A DNA stretch of 64,000 bases from an uncultured Clostridia bacterium (GTDB lineage: Bacteria; Bacillota; Clostridia; TANB77; CAG-508): assembly GCA_934120645.1 (NCBI GenBank), contig CAKOUO010000001.1:131273-195272 (forward strand), given 5' to 3'. This document shows positions 33,870 through 42,980 of this stretch, piece by piece (position 1 is the first letter of the stretch; each line of letters begins with the position of its first letter). A program made the translations under genes and the position numbers. Below the pieces are notes generated by a model. That model saw nothing but the letters and a program-made list of their open reading frames with translations. It was not told the DNA's origin and ran no database searches.

Positions 33870-35633
33870 TTAAATTATTTTTTCAAGTTCTTCCATTTTT
33901 TTATTATAAAAGTCTATTGTTGTTTTATATGTTTCTTTACTTTCTAAGTCTACATCTACCATTTTCAATAGGTCTATTGATTTTTTACTGCATCCTTGTT
34001 TTAGCATTTCTATATATTTGTCTACAAACCCTTCTTCTTTATTTAATATTTTTGTAGCTATTGCAATTGCTGCTGAAACACCTGTTGAGTATTTATATAC
34101 ATAAAAGTCTGTATAAAAATGTGGTATTCTTGCCCATTCATATTTAATTTGTTCATCAATTTCTACATCTGCTCCAAAATATTTTTGGTTTAGTTTATAG
34201 TATGTATCGTTTAAATCTTCTGAAGATAATGTTTGATTATTCTCTATTTTTTCGTGAATTATTTTTTCAAATTCAGCAAACATAGCTTGCCTAAAGAATG
34301 TAGCTCTAATCATTTCTAGCAATTCATATATTAATTCAGCTTTTTTGTGTTTATCTTTTTCTTTATTTATTTGATAATCACTTAATAGTATTTCATTAAC
34401 TGTTGATGCTACTTCTGCTACCATTATTGTATAGTTAGCATCTATTATTCCTTGTGTTTTGTTAGAATAATAAGAATGCATACTATGTCCTAATTCATGT
34501 GCAATTGTACTTACATCTCTTTTGCTATTAACAAAATTCATAAGTACAAATGGATGTACTCCATATACGCCCATACTATATGCTCCGCCTCTTTTATTAG
34601 GTTTAGCATATACATCTATCCAATTGTTATTAAAGGCTTCTTTTAATTTATTTATATATTCAGTTCCTAAAACACTTAATGCATTTAATACTTCTTCTTT
34701 TGCTTCTTCAAAAGTTATTTCGTCTTTACCTTGTTCAAATGGATTAACATATAAATCATACATATGCATTTGTGGTAATTTTAGTATTTTCTTTTTTAAT
34801 TCTAAAAATTTATAATTTGAAGTTATATTTTCGTTAACTGCATCTATTAATGAATTATAGACTTTTATACTTGCATCATCATTTATAGTTGCACATTCTA
34901 AACTAGAATTATATTTTCTTAGTTTTGCTGTTGTAGATTTTGTTTTTACATTTGATATATACATTTCTGTTATTGTATTGATAAATTCACTATATTTTTT
35001 ATACATTAAATTAAATGCTTGTTTTCTAACATTTTGGTTTTGACTTTTTAAATATAATGTATAAGTACTATCTGTTAGTTCAACTTCTTTTCCAGTTTCA
35101 TCAATTAATTTTCCAAATTTAAATTCTGCATTTGTTAAAATGTCAAATGTATTTTCTGGTGCTGAAAATATTTCTGAATAATTTGCTAATAAATTTTCTT
35201 CTTTTTTGCTTAATACATGTTTTTTCTTTTCTAATATATCTTCTATATCTCTTTTATATTTTTTAAATTTTTCATCATTTAAGTATTCATGTATTTTATT
35301 TTCGTCTGCATATGTTATTTCTGGTGTAATAAATGCTGTTGCAACACTAAATTCTGTTCCTAAATTTTCTACTTCTTTAAATATTTTTATTCCTTCTTGA
35401 TTTGACATGTCTATATGGTATTTTAACATCCCATAAGAGTATACTCTTTCAAATTTTTCTAATGCTTGTTCATATAATTTATAACAATTATATAAATTTT
35501 CTGATGTGTTGCATAATTTATTTTGATATTTTTGTATTTCTAGTAATATATTTTTTATTTCAGTTTTTGTTTGTTCAAATTCTTCTTCGTTTTTAAATAT
35601 ATCTTGTAAATTCCAATTATATTTATCTTGCAT
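33870..35633 (-). CDS. pepF: Oligoendopeptidase F (M3B)
   Basis: 587 aa. HELGHSMH zinc motif. Family-typical N-terminus (WNLQDIF). Confidence 0.92.
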   Translation of the reverse strand: MQDKYNWNLQDIFKNEEEFEQTKTEIKNILLEIQKYQNKLCNTSENLYNCYKLYEQALEKFERVYSYGMLKYHIDMSNQEGIKIFKEVENLGTEFSVATAFITPEITYADENKIHEYLNDEKFKKYKRDIEDILEKKKHVLSKKEENLLANYSEIFSAPENTFDILTNAEFKFGKLIDETGKEVELTDSTYTLYLKSQNQNVRKQAFNLMYKKYSEFINTITEMYISNVKTKSTTAKLRKYNSSLECATINDDASIKVYNSLIDAVNENITSNYKFLELKKKILKLPQMHMYDLYVNPFEQGKDEITFEEAKEEVLNALSVLGTEYINKLKEAFNNNWIDVYAKPNKRGGAYSMGVYGVHPFVLMNFVNSKRDVSTIAHELGHSMHSYYSNKTQGIIDANYTIMVAEVASTVNEILLSDYQINKEKDKHKKAELIYELLEMIRATFFRQAMFAEFEKIIHEKIENNQTLSSEDLNDTYYKLNQKYFGADVEIDEQIKYEWARIPHFYTDFYVYKYSTGVSAAIAIATKILNKEEGFVDKYIEMLKQGCSKKSIDLLKMVDVDLESKETYKTTIDFYNKKMEELEKII

Positions 35634-35760
35634 TTTTATCCCTCCTTAAAATTACTATTTGGATTTTATCATATTAATGATTTTTTTACTAGATTTATTT
35701 TTAAAAATATAAAAACAACATCTAAAATGTAATAAATTTTAAATGCTGTTTTTATAAATT

Positions 35761-36033
35761 TTAAATACTTTTTTTAAGTTTTAAGTATTTATTTCTTGTT
35801 GCAATACCACCCCGGTATGCTCTTTCTGCCTTATTTTTTTGTAAGACAACTTTTACTTGAGCGTATAAATCTAAAGATGTTAATTTTAACCGTTTAGACA
35901 TATCCACATAAACTGTACTTTTTGAAATATAAAATACTTTTGCAGTTGCACGGATAGTAGATTGATTCTTAATAATATATAGAGCTTCCTCTACTACTCT
36001 TTCCTCAATTCTTGATTGAGTCTTTTTTAGCAT
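35761..36033 (-). CDS. spoIIID: Sporulation transcriptional regulator SpoIIID
   Basis: RATAKVFYISKSTVYVDMSKRL HTH and a RGGIATRNKY tail, as in B. subtilis SpoIIID. ATG 36033 lies after GGAGG (36042-36046). Confidence 0.88.
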   Translation of the reverse strand: MLKKTQSRIEERVVEEALYIIKNQSTIRATAKVFYISKSTVYVDMSKRLKLTSLDLYAQVKVVLQKNKAERAYRGGIATRNKYLKLKKSI

Positions 36034-36177
36034 AAATATTTCCTCCTTATACATTTACTATGCATATTATATGATATAATTTTTTAATTATCAATATATT
36101 TGGTAAATTTTGTAAATTTGTTATACCTAATTTTCATATAATATATAAATGTCGAATGAAAGGAGGTATTGTAAAAT

Positions 36178-36757
36178 TTGGAACTTAAAGGTAAAAAAAT
36201 AGGTTTTGTTTTAACAGGTTCTTTTTGTACTTTTAGTAAAACAATTCCTAAAATAAAAGAATTAATTAATATGGGCTCTGAGGTTATTCCAATTATGTCT
36301 TTTAATAGTTATAATTTAGATACTAAGTTTGGAAATGCTAAAGATTTTATAAATGAAATTCAAGAAATAACTGGAAAGGAAATTATTCATACAATTCAAG
36401 ATGCTGAACCTATAGGTCCAAAACACTTGACTGATGTTATGGTGGTTGCTCCTTGCTCTGGTAACACTATGTCAAAACTTGCTACCGATATTATTGATAC
36501 TCCTGCTACTATGGCTGTTAAATCTCATTTGAGAAATAATTTTCCTGTCGTTATTGCACCTTCTACTAATAATGGTTTGAGTCGGTAATGCTCCTAGTAT
36601 TGCATTTTTACTTAATAGAAAAAACTACTATTTTGTTCCTTTTAGGCAAGATAATCCTATAACAAAGCCGCGTTCTATTGTTTTCGATTTTGATTATCTT
36701 ATAAGGACAATTGAATTTGCTTTAGATGGTAAACAAATTCAACCTATATTGCTTTGA
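36178..36757 (+). pseudogene. dpaB: Dipicolinate synthase subunit B (SpoVFB/DpaB), split by a 1-nt frameshift near 36584-36587; no dpaA partner
   Basis: Frame A (36178-36588) gives LKGKKIGFVLTGSFCTF...VAPCSGNTMSKLA...STNNGLSR*. The +2 frame from 36587 continues NAPSIAFLLNRKNYYFVPFRQDNPITKP...QIQPILL* (stop at 36755-36757), matching the SpoVFB C-terminus. Confidence 0.8.
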
Positions 36758-36801
36758 ACATAAAAGATAGTTAAGAATTTATTTTTCTTAACTATCTTAA
36801 T

Positions 36802-39087
36802 TTATTTTCTTAATAATTCACTTGTGAATGTTGTTTCATCAGTTTCAATATTTATATATAATTTGTTATTTTTTAATTTGTTTTTGTTTATATTAAAATG
36901 CATTTCAAATTCATCAACAGTAGCTGAAAAACTTGTATTATAATATTTTTTTCCATTTTCATCACTTATATAAATTGTTTCTCTTTTTATGTTATTCATA
37001 CTTTTTATAATTTTATTAATATTTCCCTTAACAAACATTCCTGAATCTGTAATTATGATACTTTTAAATTCTGCCCCAATTTCATTGTCTTTTAGATACA
37101 TTATTGCATCTTCTCTATCAAATTCATAATCATTAATTTCTATATTTTTAAATTTTAAAATTTTATTATCTCTTTCTGGTATAGAAATATTAAATGCTTT
37201 ACCTATAAGATTTGTAGTCGAACCAAATAGTAATGTAAATTCTAAATTATTAATATTTTTTAATGATATTTTATATACATTAAGTCCGCTTCTAGGCTCA
37301 TCCTTAATTGAAAATTGAATTCTATTTTCGTCACTATTTACATTTTTCTTAAACTCATTTGTAGAATAAAAATAATTCATGCCAGCATTTTTGTCCCTTA
37401 ATAATACTAAAGTTTCATCACCTATATATCCTTTTATATCATAATAAAAATTTATATTATCTTCATCTACTGTTATATTATTAATTGTTAAAGTTCCACC
37501 TAGTGTGCTTTTTGCTGTATATTCTTTTGTTCCAGCTTTTATTGGGTACCATGTTGCTTTTTTATACATGTTTGCTTCTTCGTTAGTTCGGTCATTATAT
37601 AACTTAGTTTTTGTTGGTATAACTAATAGATTTTTAATATCTTCTTGTTTGCCTAAAATAATTAAGTATTCTTCTTCAATTTTAATAATATCATTATCTT
37701 TTATATATTCATCTTTATCTACTTTTTCATATTCATTATTAGAATTTTTAATATATCTATTTATATTTGTTTCGCTACCATGATATATAGTACTTTGTAT
37801 TTTTTCTCCATCTTCTGTTGAAACTATAAAACTTCTATATCCTATGTTTTGGTTTTGGTATTCTTTCCAAGTTATGCCTTCTGTTATATATTCTCCTTTT
37901 ATGAATGTTTCAAATTTAGTATTTTCTATATCTTTTATTATTGCCTTGTTGTTACTATCTAATATTTGTTCTTTTGGCTCAAAATTTTTATTTTCTTGTC
38001 TTGATATTTTAGTGCTTATTTTTTTATCAATGTAAACTTTGTTAGAAGCTGTATTAATTGATGTACCAACATAAAAAGTGTCTAGATAAATGTCTAAGTT
38101 AATGTCTTTTTCTTCTATATTCATAACATTTATTATTTGAATATATTGATATTCAGAGTCTGAAATTTTATTAAATTTGTTTATAACACTTATATTTGCT
38201 TCATTACTGTTAATGCTAACTTTATTTACAATACCTATATTATATCCTGTATTTGTATCATATTTTATTTGTTCAAATTCTTGAATTGCTTTGTCTTTAA
38301 ATTTAATTGTATATTCAGTGATTATATAAGAATTATCTCCACCAATACTTTCTAATGTCATTGTCATGTATTCGTTTTCTATGTTTTTGTTTACTATTGT
38401 TGCATTGTCTGAATAGTTTTCATCTGCTTTTAAAAACCCTAGCTTAGAAAAATCGATTTTTCCTTTTGTTGCATATACTATTCCTGACAAAATTACTATA
38501 CTACATACTATTATAGCTAATGTTTTTGCAATTTTTTGTGCTTCTGTATATCCTTTTTTTACTAAGTTTTTCTTTAATTCTTTTTTTCCTCTATGCACAA
38601 TATTTTTTATATTTTGAATGGATTCTCCTAGAATTTTTGCGGTTTCTTTATATGTTAGACCTTCTATATTTGTTAGATATATTGTATTTTTATATTTATC
38701 TTCAAGTTGATTTATTGCTTCTATTATTTCTTTTTGCTTTTCTTTCTTTTCTATTATTTCGTATATATCTTGTTCTATTGCTTCTGTTTCTTTTGATAAG
38801 TATTTTTTGTTTATTTCATTTCTGTGATTTTCTGTGTTTATATAATTTATAGCTCTACTTTTGGCAATTAAATAAATATAATATTTGAAACTATATCCTT
38901 CTCTTTTTGGATGTTGTAATATGTATATAAATGTTTCTTGAGCTATGTCTTCGGCTTTTTCATTATCTTTTATAATATTAAAAATAAAATATTGTATTTT
39001 ATTTTTATATTTGTTATATAAGTATTCAAATGCTTCTTTATTTCCATTTATATAATCGTTATATAATTTTTCATCTAAATTTTTCAT
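36802..39087 (-). CDS. Sigma-70/ECF-type sigma factor fused to a TM helix and a ~550-aa extracytoplasmic domain
   Basis: Region 2 (EDIAQETFIYILQH) and region 4 HTH (LTYKETAKILGESIQNIKNIVHRGKKEL) lie within aa 1-175. TM helix at aa 186-206 (nt 38470-38532). The large beta-rich C-terminal part is possibly DUF4179-like at its start. Confidence 0.8.
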   Translation of the reverse strand: MKNLDEKLYNDYINGNKEAFEYLYNKYKNKIQYFIFNIIKDNEKAEDIAQETFIYILQHPKREGYSFKYYIYLIAKSRAINYINTENHRNEINKKYLSKETEAIEQDIYEIIEKKEKQKEIIEAINQLEDKYKNTIYLTNIEGLTYKETAKILGESIQNIKNIVHRGKKELKKNLVKKGYTEAQKIAKTLAIIVCSIVILSGIVYATKGKIDFSKLGFLKADENYSDNATIVNKNIENEYMTMTLESIGGDNSYIITEYTIKFKDKAIQEFEQIKYDTNTGYNIGIVNKVSINSNEANISVINKFNKISDSEYQYIQIINVMNIEEKDINLDIYLDTFYVGTSINTASNKVYIDKKISTKISRQENKNFEPKEQILDSNNKAIIKDIENTKFETFIKGEYITEGITWKEYQNQNIGYRSFIVSTEDGEKIQSTIYHGSETNINRYIKNSNNEYEKVDKDEYIKDNDIIKIEEEYLIILGKQEDIKNLLVIPTKTKLYNDRTNEEANMYKKATWYPIKAGTKEYTAKSTLGGTLTINNITVDEDNINFYYDIKGYIGDETLVLLRDKNAGMNYFYSTNEFKKNVNSDENRIQFSIKDEPRSGLNVYKISLKNINNLEFTLLFGSTTNLIGKAFNISIPERDNKILKFKNIEINDYEFDREDAIMYLKDNEIGAEFKSIIITDSGMFVKGNINKIIKSMNNIKRETIYISDENGKKYYNTSFSATVDEFEMHFNINKNKLKNNKLYINIETDETTFTSELLRK

Positions 39088-39242
39088 ATTTTACTCTCAC
39101 TTTCATTTATATATACAAGTGGAATTTAAAAAAGTTTCATTTTATATTTATTTTAGTTTATCATATTAAAAAGTTCTTTTCTAGTTTTATTAAAAAAAGT
39201 ATAAAAGTAGTAAATATTTTTTTCTACTTCTATACCTTTTTA

Positions 39243-40733
39243 TTAAAATTTATAATTGATTACTTCTTCATCTGATAATGCTGTTTCATATATTGCTAAA
39301 TTTCTATAATATCCTTGTCCATATCCCCAATTACCTCCTGCACTATATGTTCCAGAGTTGCTAATTCCTCCTATGTATAATTTTGAATGTTGTCGTGTTG
39401 AGCTTCCACTACTACCGACTTTTTTTCCATCTACAAATAATGAAAATTCACTACCATTATATTTAATAGCTAATATATTCCATTTTTGACTAGAATATAA
39501 ATTAGAATTATCATATGCTATAGTGCATGAATCACCAGATCCTGACATTGCATAAAGTTTGTTTGAATTTTGCCAATTAAGGATACCTAAAACCTTTTCA
39601 CCTACATCACTACCTCCATATCCCATTGCAACCATAAAGCCTACTCCTATATTTTTTATATCTTTTATTTCTATTAAAATTGTATAGTTTTCTCCTAAAT
39701 TAAAATTTTCTTTTGTACTTAGTATTGATTTGTTAGATAAGTATACACCTTCTTCTTTTCCTTTATATTCAGGTGTGCCTTGATATGCTTCAAAATAATT
39801 ATTCTCTACTCCCAAATTCCATGTGTGTTTTACTGCAATTAAATCTGTTTCAATGGTTTGAGATTTTTTTGAATTTCCTGCTTTATCATATGCTATAACA
39901 TATATTTTATAATTTCCAGAAAATAAATTACTTATTTCTTTAGTATCATATTTTGTATCTATTCCATTTGAATCAATAACATGATATTCATAGTAGTCTA
40001 TTCCACTTTTGGTACTTGTATCTGTTTTATCTTCATCTTCAGTATTTGCTATTATTGTAAATCCATCTGATAAATTTTTGTCAATTGTTGGTGTAAAATC
40101 TTTAGGTTCTACTGTATCAATTTTATCAATAACAATATCTTTTATTACTTCGTTATTGTTAGTATCTATTATTTTAAATGTGTATGTTCCATTTTGAGTT
40201 ACTTCATAATCAATTCCAATTTGTGTTCGTCCATCTGATAATATATTATCTTTTTTATCTGGTGTTGTTATTGCTTTTATCCCTTTTGAATTACTTATTT
40301 TTATTGATATTTTTACATTTGCTTTGTTTGTATAACCTTCTGGAATTGTTGTGTATGTAATTACTGTTCTATTTGCTTTTTCTATATAAGTTACATTAAA
40401 ATTTGAATCTACATTAAATTTATAATCATTACATATAATTTCTACTGGGAAATTTTCTATATTTCCTACATCAATTTCATCATTATTAATTTGTGGTAAA
40501 TTTTCCTTTGTTAATTCTTCCCCTTTTTCTTCTTGTTCTATTCTTAAATTTGCTATTGCTAATTCCAATTTTTCTTTTGCTTCTGATATTGAATATTTTT
40601 CTTTTGCTTGTTTTGTTTTTGAAATTAATCCATTTTCTCCCATTAGTGTTGCTATTACTATTCCTGATAGTATTAATAAAATGATTATTGTTATCACTAG
40701 TACTATGAGTGTTATTCCATTGGTTTTTTTCAT
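39243..40733 (-). CDS. Pilin-like-leader protein with Ig-like repeats and a C-terminal LamG (concanavalin-like) domain
   Basis: The N-terminus MKKTNGITLIVLVITIIILLIL resembles a prepilin class III signal but has Val instead of Glu at +5. C-terminal LamG-type motif WNILAIKYNGSEFSLFVDGKKV...LAIYETALSDEEV. Confidence 0.75.
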   Translation of the reverse strand: MKKTNGITLIVLVITIIILLILSGIVIATLMGENGLISKTKQAKEKYSISEAKEKLELAIANLRIEQEEKGEELTKENLPQINNDEIDVGNIENFPVEIICNDYKFNVDSNFNVTYIEKANRTVITYTTIPEGYTNKANVKISIKISNSKGIKAITTPDKKDNILSDGRTQIGIDYEVTQNGTYTFKIIDTNNNEVIKDIVIDKIDTVEPKDFTPTIDKNLSDGFTIIANTEDEDKTDTSTKSGIDYYEYHVIDSNGIDTKYDTKEISNLFSGNYKIYVIAYDKAGNSKKSQTIETDLIAVKHTWNLGVENNYFEAYQGTPEYKGKEEGVYLSNKSILSTKENFNLGENYTILIEIKDIKNIGVGFMVAMGYGGSDVGEKVLGILNWQNSNKLYAMSGSGDSCTIAYDNSNLYSSQKWNILAIKYNGSEFSLFVDGKKVGSSGSSTRQHSKLYIGGISNSGTYSAGGNWGYGQGYYRNLAIYETALSDEEVINYKF

Positions 40734-40761
40734 TTTTATTCTCCTTTGTATGCATTTTTAT

Positions 40762-40776
40762 TACCCATTTGGGGTA
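40762..40776. promoter_or_regulatory. Second related palindrome TACCC-ATTTG-GGGTA in the operon leader
   Basis: 5-bp arms with the same (A/C)CC...GG(T/G) core as the 40812-40825 palindrome. Confidence 0.3.
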
Positions 40777-40783
40777 CAAAAAT

Positions 40784-40812
40784 ATAATACACCGTATGGG
40801 GCAAATTGTCAA
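40784..40812 (-). promoter_or_regulatory. Putative promoter of the pilin-like/sigma operon
   Basis: On the minus strand: TTGACA (40812-40807), 17-nt spacer, TATTAT (40789-40784). Confidence 0.45.
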
Positions 40813-40825
40813 CACCAAATGGTGT
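40812..40825. promoter_or_regulatory. Palindromic operator candidate ACACCA-AA-TGGTGT between divergent promoters
   Basis: Perfect 6-bp arms. It abuts the -35 hexamers of both the XRE gene (TTGTCA, 40806-40811) and the divergent operon. Confidence 0.45.
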
Positions 40826-40856
40826 ATTTTATATAATACTATTAGGAGTGAAAAGT

Positions 40857-41078
40857 ATGTTAAGATTAAAAGATTTACGAGAAGATAATGAACTTACGCA
40901 AGAACAATGCGCTAAAATAGGATATATAGCTAAAAATTCATATATTAGGTATGAGAAAGAAGAAAGAATTATTCCTTTAGATACTCTTATTTATTATGCA
41001 AAATATTATAATACTTCTTTAGATTACATTGCAGGATTAACAGATGTATCAAAACCCTATCCTAGTAAAAAATATTAA
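40857..41078 (+). CDS. XRE-family helix-turn-helix transcriptional regulator
   Basis: ATG 40857 lies after AGGAGTG. LRLKDLREDNELTQEQCAKIGYIAKNSYIRYEKEER HTH_3 pattern. Confidence 0.85.
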   Translation: MLRLKDLREDNELTQEQCAKIGYIAKNSYIRYEKEERIIPLDTLIYYAKYYNTSLDYIAGLTDVSKPYPSKKY

Positions 41079-41113
41079 AAACTCTAATCGCTTATGGCTT
41101 TTAGAGTTTTTTT
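41078..41113. terminator. Bidirectional intrinsic terminator
   Basis: aaaactctaa/ttagagtttt 10-bp stem with a 13-nt loop and a T-run. Confidence 0.6.
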
Positions 41114-41154
41114 ATAAATCCTATTATTTTTAGACAAATTTCATCATTATAATG

Positions 41155-42900
41155 TTACAAATTAGACCTGTTCCTGTTGACATTGACATTGACAATTTCT
41201 TTCAATTCTTCGTTTCTTTTAACTTTTTTAGTTGTTGTTTTTATAAGTTCTTTGTCTGTTAAAATCATATTCATTATGTGCTTATATCTAGGTACTGTAG
41301 TATTAACTTCATTTTTTATTCTGTCCCATATAATATCTTTTATCTCATCAAAAGATATATCTCCGTATTTTTGTTTGACTTCTTCTTTATTGTAAACAAC
41401 TTTTACAGAAAGTTTAATATCATTTTTGTCATTTTCGTCTGGCATTCCAAATACCATACATTCTTCAACTAAGTCTATTCTATTAACTAATGTTTCTATT
41501 TCTTCTGGAAAGACTTTTTTTCCGTTTTTTAGTACTATCATATTTTTTTGTCTTCCTGTTATGAATATAAATCCTTCTTTGTCTATGTATCCTAAGTCTC
41601 CTGTATAAAACCATCCATTTTTTAGTACTTTGTTTGTTTCTTCTTCATTTTCGTAATAGCCTAACATTATATTTGGTCCTTTTACTCGTAGTTCTCCTAT
41701 TCCGTTTTCATCTTTGTTTGCAATTTCTAGTGTTACATTTTCCATTGGTACGCCTATTGATCCATTTTTTGATTTAAATTTGTTTTCTGCTGCTATTACT
41801 GGTGATGTTTCTGTAAGTCCATAACCTTGTACCATGTCTATTCCTAAATCTATAAAGCCTTTTTGTACTTTTGGGTCTAGTGGTGCTCCTCCTGAGATTA
41901 CAAATCTCATTTTTCCCCCTAATTGGTCTATTATTTGTTTAAATAGTTTTCTTCTTATATCTATATTGAATTTTAATAAGAAATTGCTTATTTTTATTGC
42001 TTTTTTTATTAGTTTTGTTTTGCCTTGTTTGTCTATTTCTTTTACAACTTTATTGTATATTGCTTCAACTAATAATGGTACTCCTACAAATACAGATACT
42101 TCGTATTCTTTTAAGTTTTGTGCTACATATCTTAGTCCATCTGGAAATGATGTTCTAACACCACATGCAAGCATCATTATTAAGCATGTTGAACCAAATA
42201 TATGGTGCATTGGTAAAAATGCTAGATTGGAGTCTGTACTTCTTATGTCTTCAACTCTTTGCATTGCATATACATTTGATGCTATATTTTTTTGTGATAG
42301 CATTACTGCTTTGGATTTTGATGTTGTTCCTGATGTAAATAATAGAATATTCATTGTATTTTCGTCTATTTTTGCAGAAATATATTCTTTGTTTCCTTGT
42401 TCTAATAATTTACTTCCTTGTTCTTTTAAAGTGTGTATATCATCATATCCTGCCATTTTTGACATACAAATATATTTTTTTATATTTGTAGTGTTTCTTT
42501 TCTTGATTTCTTCTATTTTTTCTATGTATTTTTCATCAAAATAAATTGCGTCTGCTTTACTTCTTATTAATGAATTTTCTAATTCATCTATTTGTAAATC
42601 TTTATCTAATGGAATACTAACAATTCCACCTAGTAAACTTGTTATATGTGCTAATGCCCATTCATATCTATTTCGTCCTAAAATGGCTATTCTTTTACTT
42701 TTTAATCCCATGTCGTATAATTTAGTGCCTAAGCTATTAATTTGTTTTAAAAATGCTTTATATGTTATATTTTCATATGTTTTATTTTTGCCATCTTGGT
42801 GTTTAGAAATAAATGCTATTTGATCTGCATATTTTTTTGCAGAATTATAAATTATTTCCTTTATATTTTTAAATTCTTTAATTTCTTCTACTTTTTTCAT
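41155..42900 (-). CDS. AMP-dependent synthetase/ligase (long-chain fatty-acid-CoA ligase-like)
   Basis: AMP-binding motif LFTSGTTSKSKAVMLSQKN, then GYGLTETS and YTGDLGYIDKEGFIFITGRQKNMI. Confidence 0.9.
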   Translation of the reverse strand: MKKVEEIKEFKNIKEIIYNSAKKYADQIAFISKHQDGKNKTYENITYKAFLKQINSLGTKLYDMGLKSKRIAILGRNRYEWALAHITSLLGGIVSIPLDKDLQIDELENSLIRSKADAIYFDEKYIEKIEEIKKRNTTNIKKYICMSKMAGYDDIHTLKEQGSKLLEQGNKEYISAKIDENTMNILLFTSGTTSKSKAVMLSQKNIASNVYAMQRVEDIRSTDSNLAFLPMHHIFGSTCLIMMLACGVRTSFPDGLRYVAQNLKEYEVSVFVGVPLLVEAIYNKVVKEIDKQGKTKLIKKAIKISNFLLKFNIDIRRKLFKQIIDQLGGKMRFVISGGAPLDPKVQKGFIDLGIDMVQGYGLTETSPVIAAENKFKSKNGSIGVPMENVTLEIANKDENGIGELRVKGPNIMLGYYENEEETNKVLKNGWFYTGDLGYIDKEGFIFITGRQKNMIVLKNGKKVFPEEIETLVNRIDLVEECMVFGMPDENDKNDIKLSVKVVYNKEEVKQKYGDISFDEIKDIIWDRIKNEVNTTVPRYKHIMNMILTDKELIKTTTKKVKRNEELKEIVNVNVNRNRSNL

Positions 42901-42980
42901 ATAAACTCTCCTATATTAAAATAAGATGATTACAGTAATAATCATCCTATTTATAATATATTATTTTTTTAAAAATGTCA

